Assembly (NCBI GenBank): GCA_963711065.1
Contig: CAVQCO010000004.1
Span: 62,867 to 126,866, forward strand
Reading direction: 5' to 3'
Length of the DNA stretch: 64,000 bases
From: an uncultured Acidimicrobiaceae bacterium
GTDB lineage: Bacteria; Actinomycetota; Acidimicrobiia; Acidimicrobiales; RAAP-2
In this document: positions 1-10,274 of the stretch, in pieces
Numbering within the stretch: the stretch's first letter is position 1
How the letters are laid out: each line of letters begins with the position of its first letter
Notes under the pieces: generated by a model
The model's input: the letters and a program-made list of their open reading frames with translations, nothing else
Told to the model about the DNA's origin: nothing
The model's database searches: none
Translations under genes and position numbers: made by a program

Positions 1-68
1 CGACGGAGCGCGCGCCGGCGGGCGCGGCCGTCGAGGTCTCCGTCATCCCGGGGCAGTTCCGTCCCGGC

Positions 69-848
69 GTGGGCCGACTGCCCCGCCGGGAGGGGCGGCG
101 GCCGATGCTGCCGCAACACGCGCGGATGTGCGGGCCGCTCGAAGCAGGCAGCTCTCTGGGCTTCCTGGTCTACCCGGCCCTGCACGACCACGAATCCTTC
201 CAAATTCGGCGGACCGCACCCGGGGAGCTCCTCTTCTCGTTCTTCGGCGCCGACGCTGCCCGCCCGGACGCGCACTTCTTCAGCCTCCGCTACAGCATCC
301 CGGCCAACGGGATCGGCGTGTGGTCGGAGGAGCTCGTCTTCCGGGCACCGGGGTGCCCGTTGTCGGACACCGAGATCCGGCAGGTGCGCGACGCCCTCCT
401 GCGGATGGGCAGCCTGTGGGTCCCGCCCGGTGCGGTCGCACTCCGCGGCGCGTTCGACTTCCGCACGCCGCCGGGATGGGACACGGTCTTCACCGGGGTC
501 GTGAACCAGGCCCAACCGCCACCGCTGTCCTCGCTCACCGGTCGCGTCGAGACCGACTGGTACGCCTTCGACAGCGAGTTCCGCTACGTGCTCCAGGTTG
601 GTGACGTGCTGAGCGGCTCGGGGCGGATCCCGGTGGGCCAGGCCTTCGCCGTGCCGCGTGTCGACACGCGGCTGCGCGAGGCGGGCCAGGCCGAGGCGGA
701 CGCGTTCCGAGCCGCACAACGGGACTTCAACGCACGCAAGGCCGCCGTCCGAACGAGCAACGCCCTCGGGCTCGAGTACGACACGCTGTACCGGGAGGCG
801 AGCCGTACCGCCGCGCGATCGGTCGCGGCACCTCGTCCGACGGTCTGA
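69..848 (+). CDS. hypothetical protein
   Basis: 259-aa ORF with coding-like composition. I recognise no motif. Start uncertain (alternative ATG at 105). Confidence 0.45.
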   Translation: MGRLPRREGRRPMLPQHARMCGPLEAGSSLGFLVYPALHDHESFQIRRTAPGELLFSFFGADAARPDAHFFSLRYSIPANGIGVWSEELVFRAPGCPLSDTEIRQVRDALLRMGSLWVPPGAVALRGAFDFRTPPGWDTVFTGVVNQAQPPPLSSLTGRVETDWYAFDSEFRYVLQVGDVLSGSGRIPVGQAFAVPRVDTRLREAGQAEADAFRAAQRDFNARKAAVRTSNALGLEYDTLYREASRTAARSVAAPRPTV

Positions 849-938
849 GCCGTCCCGCCCGAGAGGGGGGGTAGCACCAGTGTGGGACGCCCGGTAGCGG
901 CATTCCCACGGGCCTCGCCAGCCCGCATGCTGGGTCAC

Positions 939-1880
939 ATGATCGTGACCCACCAACTGACGAAGCGCTACGGCAAGAACGTGGCCGTGGACGGTCTGAG
1001 CTTCACCGTCGCCCCCGGCCTCGTCACCGGCTTCCTCGGCCCGAACGGCTCGGGCAAGTCCACCACCATGCGCATGATCCTCGGCCTCGACGTGCCAGAC
1101 GCAGGATCGTCCACCGTGCAGGGCGTCCCCTACCGGCAACTGCGCTGGCCGTTGCGCGAAGTCGGCGCGCTGCTCGATGCCAAGGCCTTTCACCCCGGCC
1201 GGAGCGCGCGCAACCATCTGCGCTGCCTCGCCAAGACGAACGACATCCCCGCGGCACGGGTCGATGAGGTGCTCGACGTCGTCGGGCTCACCAGCGTGGC
1301 CGACCGGCGGGCCGGGAAGTTCTCGCTCGGCATGGGGCAGCGCCTCGGCATCGCCAGTGCGCTCCTGGGCGACCCCGGGGTCCTGCTCTTCGACGAACCG
1401 GTCAACGGCCTCGATCCCGAGGGCATCCGCTGGGTCCGCCACCTGCTGCGCGGGTTGGCCGCCGAGGGACGCACCGTGCTGGTGTCGAGCCACCTGATCA
1501 CAGAGATGGAGCTGACGGCGGACCACCTCGTCGTCATCGGTCGCGGCGCGCTGATCGCGGACACGAGCGTCGAGGCCTTCACCGCGCAAAGCCGCGGCGA
1601 CTCGGTGCGCATCGTCACACCGACACCTCAACGCTTCGTCACCACCCTCACCCGGGCGGGCGCGCGGCCCAGCGTCGCCGACGACGGCTCCATCGTGGTC
1701 ACCGGCATGCCCGCCGCCGACGTCGGGGAACTGGCCGCCCGCGACGCGTTGACGGTCCACGAGCTCACGCCGCTGCGGGCCTCCCTCGAGGACGCCTTCA
1801 TGGAGCTCACGAGCGACACCGTCGAATTCCGTTCCTCCGAGGCGCGGGCTGTGCCCGCCCCGGCCGCCACCTCCCACTGA
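939..1880 (+). CDS. ABC transporter ATP-binding protein
   Basis: Walker A GPNGSGKST, signature FSLGMGQRL, Walker B LLFDEP. ATG 939 (MIVTHQL) chosen inside ORF 882..1880. Confidence 0.9.
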   Translation: MIVTHQLTKRYGKNVAVDGLSFTVAPGLVTGFLGPNGSGKSTTMRMILGLDVPDAGSSTVQGVPYRQLRWPLREVGALLDAKAFHPGRSARNHLRCLAKTNDIPAARVDEVLDVVGLTSVADRRAGKFSLGMGQRLGIASALLGDPGVLLFDEPVNGLDPEGIRWVRHLLRGLAAEGRTVLVSSHLITEMELTADHLVVIGRGALIADTSVEAFTAQSRGDSVRIVTPTPQRFVTTLTRAGARPSVADDGSIVVTGMPAADVGELAARDALTVHELTPLRASLEDAFMELTSDTVEFRSSEARAVPAPAATSH

Positions 1881-1892
1881 AAAGGACGACCG

Positions 1893-2675
1893 ATGACCCT
1901 CACCGCGACACTCGACGTACCCGGACGACGCGCCGGCCTCCGGCAGGCCGTCAGCTCCGAATGGGCCAAGCTGCTCACGCTGCGCTCGACGAAGTGGGCC
2001 CTCCTGATCACCCTGGTGGGCGCCGTCGCCGTCACCTTCCTCGCCACCCACGGTGCGCGCCACCACGCCGGGGAGGGCTTCGATCCCACCAACACCGCGC
2101 TGGCCGGTCTCGCCCTGGGCTCCCTCGTCGTCGGCATCTTCGGCATTCTCTCCATGACGGGCGAGTACGGCAGCGGCACCATCCGCTCCTCCCTGGCGGC
2201 CACGCCCCGCCGGGGCGTGTTCTTCGGCGCCAAGGTGATCGTGATGGGCACGTTCGCCCTGGCCGTGGGCCTGGTCCTGAGCTTCCTGTCCTTCTTCGAG
2301 GGCCAGGCCGTCCTCTCCGGTGCGGCCCCCACGGCCACGCTCGGCGATCCCAACGTGCTCGGCGCACTCCTCGGATCGGCCGGCTTCCTCGCCCTCGGCG
2401 CCTTGTTCGGGCTGGGGATCGGTGCGATCATCCGCCACAGTGCGGGCGCCATCGCGACCTTCGTGGGATGCACCCTGCTTCTCCCCGTCCTGTTGCACAA
2501 CGTGCCGGGGGACCCGAGCCGGTTCATGCCCGTGATACTGCTCGGGAACTCGGTGGCGGCCGTGGTGCCCGTCTACAACGCCTTGTCCGGCCGGACGGGC
2601 TTCCTCCTGATGGGGCTCTACACCGTTCTGGCGCTGGCCCTCGGCGCGGCCGCCGTGACGAGGCGGGACGCCTGA
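1893..2675 (+). CDS. ABC-2 type transporter permease
   Basis: 260-aa polytopic membrane protein directly downstream of the ATPase. Its stop overlaps the next start (TGATG). Confidence 0.8.
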   Translation: MTLTATLDVPGRRAGLRQAVSSEWAKLLTLRSTKWALLITLVGAVAVTFLATHGARHHAGEGFDPTNTALAGLALGSLVVGIFGILSMTGEYGSGTIRSSLAATPRRGVFFGAKVIVMGTFALAVGLVLSFLSFFEGQAVLSGAAPTATLGDPNVLGALLGSAGFLALGALFGLGIGAIIRHSAGAIATFVGCTLLLPVLLHNVPGDPSRFMPVILLGNSVAAVVPVYNALSGRTGFLLMGLYTVLALALGAAAVTRRDA

Positions 2676-4063
2676 TGGTGGAACAGGCCGAGGACAGCGG
2701 GCTGCGCGTCCGCCTGGGGGGCCGGGAGATCTCGCTGAGCGAGGAGCACATGACGGCGGCCAAGACGCTGGCCCGCCGCATCCTGCGTGAGCCCTTCACC
2801 AAGCGACCCTGGGCCGAACTGGCCTTCTACGTCCTCTCGGGCGGCCTCGCCGCCGTCGGCCTCGGCTTCGTGGGGTTCACCATGGTGGCCGGAATCGCGC
2901 TGGCGATCACGTTCTTCGGCCTCGGGATCCTGGCGCTCTCCATCCGCAGCGCGCGGGGTATCGGCGGGTGGAACCGGCGGCTGGCCCGCGCCATGCTCGG
3001 CGAACAGGTCGAGGACCCCGAACCCTTCGCCGGCCGGCACGGGTTCCTCGGGTGGCTGCAGTCCTCCCTGCGCGACCGCGTCGGCTGGCGGGCCGTCGGG
3101 TACCTCGCCATCAAGGTGCCCTGGACCGTGCTCGGCTTCTTCGTGGCGGTGAGCCTCTGGTGGGACGCGGTTTTCTGCATCCTCCGCCCCCTCGCGGGCT
3201 CGAACGGAGGCGGGCCGCCCATCTGGGGCCTGGTGCCGAACCTCTTCGGCAACAACCTCTTCCCGCCCGACGGCCAGGGCTTCGGCCACGGTCTGGCCGT
3301 CTTCCTGCTCGGCTTCGTGTTCCTCTTCGCGGCGCCCTGGGTCATGCGCGGCTTCGTCAACGTCGACCGCCTGCTCATCCGCGGCCTGCTCGGTCCCGAC
3401 CCGATGGCAGCCCGCGTCCGCACCCTCGAGCAGGCCCGGACCCAGACGGTCGACGCCTCGGCGGCCACGCTCCGGCGCATCGAGCGCGACCTGCACGACG
3501 GCACCCAGGCCCAGCTGGTGGCGTTGGCCATGCGGCTGGGTATGGCCAAGGAGAAGCTCGAGGACGCCGACCACGTCGATCTCCCACGGGTCCGCGAGCT
3601 GATCGACGAGGCGCACCGGGGCGCCAAGGAGGCCATCGCCGAGTTGCGCGACATCGCACGAGGGATCCACCCGCCGGCACTCGACATCGGGCTGGAGGGC
3701 GCGCTGGCCACGCTGGCCGCCCGCAGTGCGGTCCCCACCGAGGTGTCGGTGGACCTGCGGACGCGCCCCACCCCGGCCATCGAGGCCATCGCCTATTTCT
3801 GCGTGGCCGAGCTCCTGGCCAACGTCGCCCAGCACGCCCAGGCCTCGCGGGCGTCGGTCTCCTGCGCCCAGCAGGGCACCTGGCTCCGGCTCGTCGTGCG
3901 GGACGACGGTTGCGGCGGCGCCCGGCTCACCACCATCGGCTCCAGCTCCAGCGGCCTGGCCGGGCTCACCGAGCGCGTGCACGCGGTGGACGGGCGGCTG
4001 AACCTGGTGAGCCCGCCGGGCGGTCCCACCGTCGTCACCGTCGACCTCCCCCTGACCGTGTGA
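2675..4063 (+). CDS. sensor histidine kinase (HisKA_3 / NarL-partner class)
   Basis: N-terminal TM segments, H-box ERDLHDGTQAQLVAL, ATPase region VVRDDGCGG..GLAGLTERV. ATG 2675 lies in frame within ORF 1961..4063. Confidence 0.85.
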   Translation: MVEQAEDSGLRVRLGGREISLSEEHMTAAKTLARRILREPFTKRPWAELAFYVLSGGLAAVGLGFVGFTMVAGIALAITFFGLGILALSIRSARGIGGWNRRLARAMLGEQVEDPEPFAGRHGFLGWLQSSLRDRVGWRAVGYLAIKVPWTVLGFFVAVSLWWDAVFCILRPLAGSNGGGPPIWGLVPNLFGNNLFPPDGQGFGHGLAVFLLGFVFLFAAPWVMRGFVNVDRLLIRGLLGPDPMAARVRTLEQARTQTVDASAATLRRIERDLHDGTQAQLVALAMRLGMAKEKLEDADHVDLPRVRELIDEAHRGAKEAIAELRDIARGIHPPALDIGLEGALATLAARSAVPTEVSVDLRTRPTPAIEAIAYFCVAELLANVAQHAQASRASVSCAQQGTWLRLVVRDDGCGGARLTTIGSSSSGLAGLTERVHAVDGRLNLVSPPGGPTVVTVDLPLTV

Positions 4064-4719
4064 TGGTCGGCGCACTGCGAGTGGCCATCGCCGAGGACTC
4101 GGCCATCCTCCGCGACGGGCTGGTCCAGCTCCTGGTCGATCGCGGCTTCGCCATCACGGGCGCCGTTGGGGACCCCTCCGCGCTGCGCAGCTCGGTCGCC
4201 CAGAATCCGCCGGACGTCGCCGTCATCGACATCCGCATGCCGCCGACCTTCACCGACGAGGGCCTGCGCCTCGCCCTGGAGCTGCGCGACCGCTACGAAG
4301 GCCTGGGGATCCTGCTGTTCTCGCAGTACGTCGAGACCCGCTACGCGGCGGACCTGTTGGCGAACGACGCCGCCGGCATCGGGTACCTGTTGAAGGACCG
4401 CGTGGCGGACGTCGGCGATTTCGTCGAGGCGCTCGAGCGCGTCGCCATAGGAGGTACGGCCTTGGATCCTGAGGTGGTGACGCAGTTGCTCGGCGCCACG
4501 CGGCGCACCGGCTCGCTGTCGGTGTTGACGGCGCGCGAGCGCGAGGTGCTCTCCCTCATGGCGGAGGGCCGGTCGAACGCCGCCATCGCCCACGCCCTCG
4601 TCGTCAGCGAGGGCGCCGTCGAGAAGCACGTGGCCAACATCTTCGCCAAGCTCGACCTCCCCGTGTCGGAGAAGGACCACCGCCGGGTGCTGGCGGTCCT
4701 GCGCTTCCTCGAGTCGTAG
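4063..4719 (+). CDS. LuxR/NarL-family response regulator
   Basis: Receiver domain (VAIAEDS..DVAVIDIRMPP) plus LuxR HTH (LTAREREVLSLMAEGRSNAAIA). The ATG overlaps the kinase TGA. Confidence 0.9.
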   Translation: MVGALRVAIAEDSAILRDGLVQLLVDRGFAITGAVGDPSALRSSVAQNPPDVAVIDIRMPPTFTDEGLRLALELRDRYEGLGILLFSQYVETRYAADLLANDAAGIGYLLKDRVADVGDFVEALERVAIGGTALDPEVVTQLLGATRRTGSLSVLTAREREVLSLMAEGRSNAAIAHALVVSEGAVEKHVANIFAKLDLPVSEKDHRRVLAVLRFLES

Positions 4720-5881
4720 TCAGACCGACGCGCCGTGGGCGTCGTAGGGCCTGCCGCGCGCGGCCGCCAGGGCGCGTCCCGCCCTCATCTGGAACGGGCT
4801 GATCCCGCCGCGCTCCCAGGGCCCGACCGAGCACGCCGCCGCGTCCACCGCCTTGGGCACGAGGTTGAACCGCGTCCGCACGTCCTGGCACTTCCGGTCG
4901 GCCACGGCGAACCAGTCGAACGTGAGGAAGTCGACGCTGTCGGTGCCGGTCTCGGTGTCACGGCACAGGGCGCCGCGCCGCATGGCGTCGGAGAGCCGGA
5001 GCGCCATCTTGGGGTCGGACGAGAAGTGCCCTGGGGAGGCCTCGAACAGGCCCGCCCCCGTGGCCAGGTAGCCGGTCTCGAAGAGCGAGATCACCATGGC
5101 GAGGAGCGAGAACGCGTGCATGTCGTCGTTGGCCCGCGCGATCAACCCGAAGACCTCGACCTCGGACTCCACGGTCGTGCCGTAGTCGCCGAGCACGTGC
5201 ACCCAGTCGTGTTGCGCCAGCAACGGCGGCGCCGAGCCCGGTGTGCCCGGGTAGGTGAACCCGCGCGCCTCGTACATCTCCCACACCTTGCGGCCGAGGG
5301 CGTCGGGCGGCAGGTCTTCGAGGGAGGCCCAGCGCGCCGCCGAGCGCGGGGTCGGCCGCGGAGACCTCCCACGCCTCGTGCAACACCCGCGACGAGTGGA
5401 GCGCAGCGGAGGACGCCTCGTCGTTCCATGTGCCTTCGTACCCGTTGCGCCGGAAGTCGACCGCGGCCAGGCCGAGCGAGCCGGCGGCGAACTCGCGGGC
5501 CACGTCGACCATGCCGTCCTCCACCCCGAGCTCGCTGGCGAAGACGGCCACGCTGTCGGCCACGTCGTCGGGCAACGGGTGCAGCACCAGCGCGCCGAGG
5601 AGCATCACCTGCACCATGCGCGAGCGGAACGACAGTTCGCGCCGCGCCATGGCCTCGGCGAACTGGTCCGCCGTCATCTGTGGCCGGTCGTCCAGCGTGA
5701 CCCGGTGGCCGGTCATCGACGCGCACAGGGCCTCGATGAGCGAACGCTGGACGGGCCACAATCCCTCGCGGCCCGTCACGGCCGAGGCCACGCCGTCCGC
5801 CATGACCTGCGTTTCCGCCGCGTCGGGCGGCTGCAGGTTGACGGTCTCGGTGGTCGGGAGGGGAACGGGCACGGGCGTCAC
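4720..5881 (-). pseudogene. Coq4-like HDxxH-x11-E metal-motif protein, frameshifted
   Basis: The N-terminal part is in the frame of ORF 4958..6058 and the C-terminal part is ORF 4720..5286. The junction ...PALGGA|WASLEDLPPDALGRKVWEMY is restored by removing 1 nt near 5331-5336. Motif HDWVHVLGDYGTTVESE is present. The GTG start at 5881 overlaps the upstream TGA. Confidence 0.6.
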
Positions 5882-6564
5882 CCCTTGGTCAGCAGAGCGA
5901 GCCCGGTGCGGAGGAAGGCGGCACAGCGGGATGCGTCGGGGGCGGTCGAGCGCGGCGCGCGCACGCGCCGAAGGGCGCGTTCCAGTACTCGGGGCGGCCC
6001 GGACGTTCCGCCCCCCAAGGGCCGACGTAGACGTAGGGCTCCTCGCAGAAGGCATCACCGGGAGAGAAGCCGAGATTCACCGTTGTGTCGGGTCCGAGCT
6101 CGACGGTCGTTGCGGCGTCGAAGTGCTCGGGCCACAGCTGCACGGTCGAGCGGCGGAGCACCACGGAGGGGTCGGACGTGACCTCGTCGAGCACCCGCCA
6201 CGCGACGTCGAACCAGCCGTAGAGCGCGTCCAGCTCAGCGACGGCCGGGTGCAGCGGCTCGGCGGTCGGGCCGAGTGCCGGCAGGCCGGGGCCCGCGGGA
6301 AAGTCGGCGTCGAGGTCGGCGTCGGCGAAGGCGGCCAGCTCGGCGAGGGTCGAGCCCTGCAGGGGGGCGGTCAGGCACTCCGTGCCCACTTCACGCACGA
6401 GTGGTGGTGGTGGTGAGGCGCAGCACCTCGGGCTCGGGCCCGAAGGCCGGGGTCGCCACGCCGCCAGGGCTCGCCCGCAGGCCGAAGTGGCCGCTCACCG
6501 CCCAGCGGCGGCGGCCCAGCACGTGCGCCGCAATGCGGTGCAGGTCGTCGCGGGTCCTGCCCAT
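5878..6564 (-). pseudogene. conserved hypothetical protein, two frameshifts
   Basis: ATG 6564 gives MGRTRDDLHRIAAHVLGRRRW..EVLRLTTTT. This continues as LVREVGTECL.. (ORF 5889..6398) if 1 nt is removed in the (ACC)n run near 6408-6412. The C-terminus appears to shift again near 5955-5970 into a frame ending ..AAFLRTGLALLTKG* at 5878, overlapping the next gene start (GTGA). Confidence 0.45.
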
Positions 6565-6782
6565 GTCAGCTCTGCAGAGTAACGGTGCGTTCCCCCGGTC
6601 CGTGCAACCCTAGCGTCCGAGGCCTCCGCCTGGCCTCGATGGCGGCTTGAGCAACCTTGGCGGCGATGAGGACGACGCGGGCCGGTCGCGGCCCTGGTGA
6701 GGGCGGAGCACCACCCCCGGCGCCCCGAGGGCCGGTAGGTTGCACCGGGTGGACCGTTGCCGATGCGGGGTATGAAGAGGGG

Positions 6783-7802
6783 GTGAGGAACGTGATCCGT
6801 GGGGGGTTCGGCAGTCGGACGACGCCGTCCATCGGCCTCGTGCTCGGCGCCGGCGGCGTCGTCGGCCAGGCCTACCAGGCCGGCGTCCTCGCGGCGCTCC
6901 AACGCGAGGCCGGCTGGGACCCCCGCCGTGCCCGCGTCATCGTGGGCACGTCAGCCGGCTCGGTCACCGGCGCAGCGCTCCGGGTCGGGGTCCCGGCCAC
7001 CGACCTGGCGGCGTCGCTGTACGGCGTGCCCACCTCCCGCCGGGGCGGCGCCATCCTCTCGCGCATCCTTCCCGCCGACGCCGGACCGCTGCCGACGCCG
7101 TCGGTCCGTTCGCTGCTGCGGCCCTGGAACCTGCCGTCGCCGGCGCTGCTCACGAGGGTCGCCCGGCGGCCGCTCGCCTTCCGTCCCGAGGTGGCGGCGG
7201 TCACCCTTCTGCCACGGGGCCAGATCGACATCTCCGAGCGCGCCCGCGGCCTCGACGAGCACATCGGTGACCGCTGGCCGGACGGCCTGCGCATCTGTGC
7301 CGTGCGGAGGGCCGACGGTGCCCGCGTCGTCTTCGGCCAGCCCGGGGCGCCGCCGAGCCGCCTGGCCCCGGCGGTGCTGGCCTCCTGCGCCATCCCGGGG
7401 TACTTCCGGCCGGTCACGATCGAGGACACCGAGTACGTCGACGGTGGCGTTCACTCGGTCACCAACGCGGACGTGCTCCGCTCCGAGGGCCTCGACCTGG
7501 TCGTGATCGTCTCGTCCATGTCCGCCGCCCAGGGCCATTTCAACGCAGCCGACGGCCTCCTGCGCCGCACCGTGCACCGCCGCATGGAGCGCGAGGTCGC
7601 CCGGCTCGAGTCGAGCGGGACGACGGTGGTGAGCCTGGAGCCGGGAGCCGACGCCCGCCGGGCCATGGGGCTGCGGGCCATGGCCGAGGACCGCGGCCCG
7701 CGGGTCATCGAGGCCGCCTACGAGGAGACCAGGCAGCGGGTCGCGGCCTCCCCCCTCCTGGGCTCGCTGGGCCACCCGGTCGCCACAGCCAGCGCCGGCT
7801 GA
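6783..7802 (+). CDS. patatin-like phospholipase
   Basis: Oxyanion GLVLGAGGVVGQ, nucleophile elbow GTSAG, catalytic DGG (YVDGGV). Start uncertain: GTG 6783 or 6792, or ORF ATG 6657. Confidence 0.8.
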   Translation: MRNVIRGGFGSRTTPSIGLVLGAGGVVGQAYQAGVLAALQREAGWDPRRARVIVGTSAGSVTGAALRVGVPATDLAASLYGVPTSRRGGAILSRILPADAGPLPTPSVRSLLRPWNLPSPALLTRVARRPLAFRPEVAAVTLLPRGQIDISERARGLDEHIGDRWPDGLRICAVRRADGARVVFGQPGAPPSRLAPAVLASCAIPGYFRPVTIEDTEYVDGGVHSVTNADVLRSEGLDLVVIVSSMSAAQGHFNAADGLLRRTVHRRMEREVARLESSGTTVVSLEPGADARRAMGLRAMAEDRGPRVIEAAYEETRQRVAASPLLGSLGHPVATASAG

Positions 7803-7870
7803 CGGCCCCGGAGGGGGCGGCCGCCCGGTAGTAGCGTGCGGGCGGAAGTGCACCCGAAGGGAGGGCTGCG

Positions 7871-9268
7871 ATGGGTCCCGACCGACTGAGCCCGCTGGAT
7901 GCGTCGTTCCTCCACATCGAGGACCACGTGTCCCACATGCACATCGCATCGGTCGCCATCTTCGAAGGCCCTCCGCCACCGTTCGCCGACATCGTCGACA
8001 TGGTCGACGCCAAGCTCGACCTCGTGCCGCGCTACCGCCAGAGAGTGCGGTTCGTCCCGTTCGAGCTCGGGCGCCCGGTGTGGGTGGACGACCCGCACTT
8101 CAACATCGAGTACCACCTCCGCCACACTGCCCTGCCGTCGCCCGGCGGCGAGAGCGAACTGCGAAAGCTCGTCGGGCGCGTGATGGCCCAACAGCTCGAC
8201 CGCTCGAAGCCGCTGTGGGAGATCTGGGTCGTGGAGGGACTCGAGGACGGGCGCTGGGCGATCCTGTCCAAGACCCACCACGCGCTGGTCGACGGTGTCG
8301 CCGGCACCGACCTGCTCGCCGTCGTCATGGACCTGAGTCCCGAGACGACGCGCCCCGAGCGCTCCGAATGGGTGCCGAGGCCCATGCCCTCGGGCCTGGA
8401 GCTCATGGTCGACGCGCTGGAGAACATCGCACGCTCGCCCTACGAGCAGCTGCGCGCGGCGCGCGCGCAGACCCGCGTCGTCCGCCGGGTGGCCGGCTAC
8501 GCGCTGGACGTGGTCGGCGGCCTGTTCGCCCTGAGCGGGCTCGTCCGGCCCATGCCGTTGTCGAGCCTCAACGGCCCGCTCGGGCCCCATCGGCGCTACG
8601 CCTGGGCGACGACGTCGGTCGACGACATCAAGCGCGTGCGCAAGGGCCTCGGCGGGACCTTCAACGACGTCGTGCTGGCGGCGATCACCAACGGGTTCCG
8701 CGAGCTCCTCATGTCGCGCGACGAGGACGTCGAGCGCGTGGTGCGCACCCTCGTGCCCGTCTCGGTCCGCCCGCGCGACACCTCGGGGAAGGCCATCGGC
8801 GACGGCACGTTGGAGAACAGGGTGTCGGCGATGTTCGCCGAGCTCCCCGTCGACATCGAGGACCCCGTGCTCCGACTGCACACCATCAGCGCGCAGATGA
8901 AGGACCTCAAGGACTCCAAGCAGGCGGTGGCCGGAGAGGCGCTGACGTCCATGTCGGGCTTCGCCCCGCCCATGCTGCTGGCGCTCGGGATGCGCCTCGC
9001 CACACGGGCGGGCCAACGCAACGTCAACACGGTCACCACCAACGTGCCGGGTCCCCAGTTCCCGCTCTACGCGGCGGGACGGCGCATGATCCGGGCCTTC
9101 CCCTACGTGCCGCTCGGCGGCCAGATCCGGCTGGGCATCGCCATCTTCTCCTACGACGGCGAGGTCAATTTCGGGATCACCGGCGACTACGACACCACCG
9201 AGGACATCGACGTCCTGTCCGGCGGGATCGAGGACGGGATGACGCAGCTGCTCAAGGCGTGCGAGTAG
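7871..9268 (+). CDS. wax ester synthase / diacylglycerol acyltransferase (WS/DGAT)
   Basis: 465 aa with the active-site HHxxxDG motif (THHALVDGVAG) and a typical WS/DGAT N-terminus (LSPLDASFL). Confidence 0.9.
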   Translation: MGPDRLSPLDASFLHIEDHVSHMHIASVAIFEGPPPPFADIVDMVDAKLDLVPRYRQRVRFVPFELGRPVWVDDPHFNIEYHLRHTALPSPGGESELRKLVGRVMAQQLDRSKPLWEIWVVEGLEDGRWAILSKTHHALVDGVAGTDLLAVVMDLSPETTRPERSEWVPRPMPSGLELMVDALENIARSPYEQLRAARAQTRVVRRVAGYALDVVGGLFALSGLVRPMPLSSLNGPLGPHRRYAWATTSVDDIKRVRKGLGGTFNDVVLAAITNGFRELLMSRDEDVERVVRTLVPVSVRPRDTSGKAIGDGTLENRVSAMFAELPVDIEDPVLRLHTISAQMKDLKDSKQAVAGEALTSMSGFAPPMLLALGMRLATRAGQRNVNTVTTNVPGPQFPLYAAGRRMIRAFPYVPLGGQIRLGIAIFSYDGEVNFGITGDYDTTEDIDVLSGGIEDGMTQLLKACE

Positions 9269-9284
9269 CCGGCCCGCTCGGGAC

Positions 9285-9776
9285 TCAGGGCGCCAGGCTC
9301 GGGATGCTCGCCACCTCGTCCTCGATGTAGCGCGACAACCCCGACACGATGGCCCGCTCGACGGAGCGACCGACGATCGGGACGTGGACCTTCAGGTCGC
9401 CCTCCACGGTGACGACGGTGTTGTCCGGGTCGTCGCCAGCAGCGAACCCGTAGGTGCCGGCTGCGGTCAGGCGGTCGGGGTAGTGGTCGGGCAGGACGAC
9501 CCAGTCCGTGCGGGCCTCGGCGGGCCGCACCTCGGTCCGGGTGACCCACGACATCTTGGCGGGGTCGATGACGGCGCGCACGGCGGCGGACACCGAGCCG
9601 GTGAACGCGAAGCGCACCTCAATCAGGACGCGCTCGCCCTCGTCGTCGTGGCGCACCACCTCGAGGACGTCGATGTCGTCTCTCTCCGCCCTCCCGGTGT
9701 AGAACGCCGGCGAGCCGTAGGCGGCGATCGCCCGCGCGGGCGATGCGGCGACCTCGTGGCGGACGGCGATCCTCAC
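9285..9776 (-). CDS. hypothetical protein (SRPBCC/DUF2505-like)
   Basis: 163-aa coding segment at the 3' end of ORF 9285..10376. The GTG at 9776 overlaps the upstream TGA (GTGA). The family assignment is tentative. Confidence 0.55.
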   Translation of the reverse strand: MRIAVRHEVAASPARAIAAYGSPAFYTGRAERDDIDVLEVVRHDDEGERVLIEVRFAFTGSVSAAVRAVIDPAKMSWVTRTEVRPAEARTDWVVLPDHYPDRLTAAGTYGFAAGDDPDNTVVTVEGDLKVHVPIVGRSVERAIVSGLSRYIEDEVASIPSLAP

Positions 9777-10274
9777 CCCTCGGCCGGGCGCGTCGGCGGC
9801 AGCCCGAGCTTGCGGTGGTCCCAGCTCACCGTCCGCTGCACGTGGAGCTTGATCGCCACCCGCTTGTGCAGCATCGTCTCGATGAACGGCGCGAGGTCGT
9901 CGGAATAGGCGCCGTAGTAGCGCTCGAAGACGCTCACGCCGAGGGTGAAGAGCCTGTCGGGGTCCTCGACGATCTCCGCCGCGCCGACCAGCTCCACGCC
10001 GCGCAGCTCCTCGTAGTAGTCTCCGTCCTCGAAGAGGAGGGTGCAGACGCGGGTCTCGGCGTAGGTTCTGCACCTTCTGCGACTTCGACTTGGTCTCCAC
10101 CGTCACGCACCCGTCGAGGAACCCGTACCACATGGCCACCGCGTGGATGGACCCGTCGCGGGCGAGCGAGCACATCGTCATGGCCCGTCGCTCGGCGAGG
10201 AACGCCGCCACCTCGCCGGGCGTCATGGCAATGGCCTTGCGTTGGTTCACGCCGTGGCCCATGGCCTCGGTCAT
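9773..10274 (-). pseudogene. PPOX-class (pyridoxamine 5'-phosphate oxidase-like, probably F420-dependent) enzyme, frameshifted
   Basis: N-terminus MTEAMGHGV..QNLRRDPR is in one frame. The C-terminus CTLLFEDGDYYEELRGVELVGAAEIVEDPDRL.. is in the frame of ORF 9773..9997. The junction is near 10043-10052 and the length is 3n+1. Confidence 0.7.

Noticed and set aside
1961-4063. 700-aa ORF suggesting a much longer histidine kinase, and likewise 2968..4719 for the response regulator.
   Set aside because: The N-terminal parts are alternative frames of the upstream permease or kinase with Arg/Pro-rich junk. Internal ATG codons that overlap the upstream stops give normal-sized proteins.
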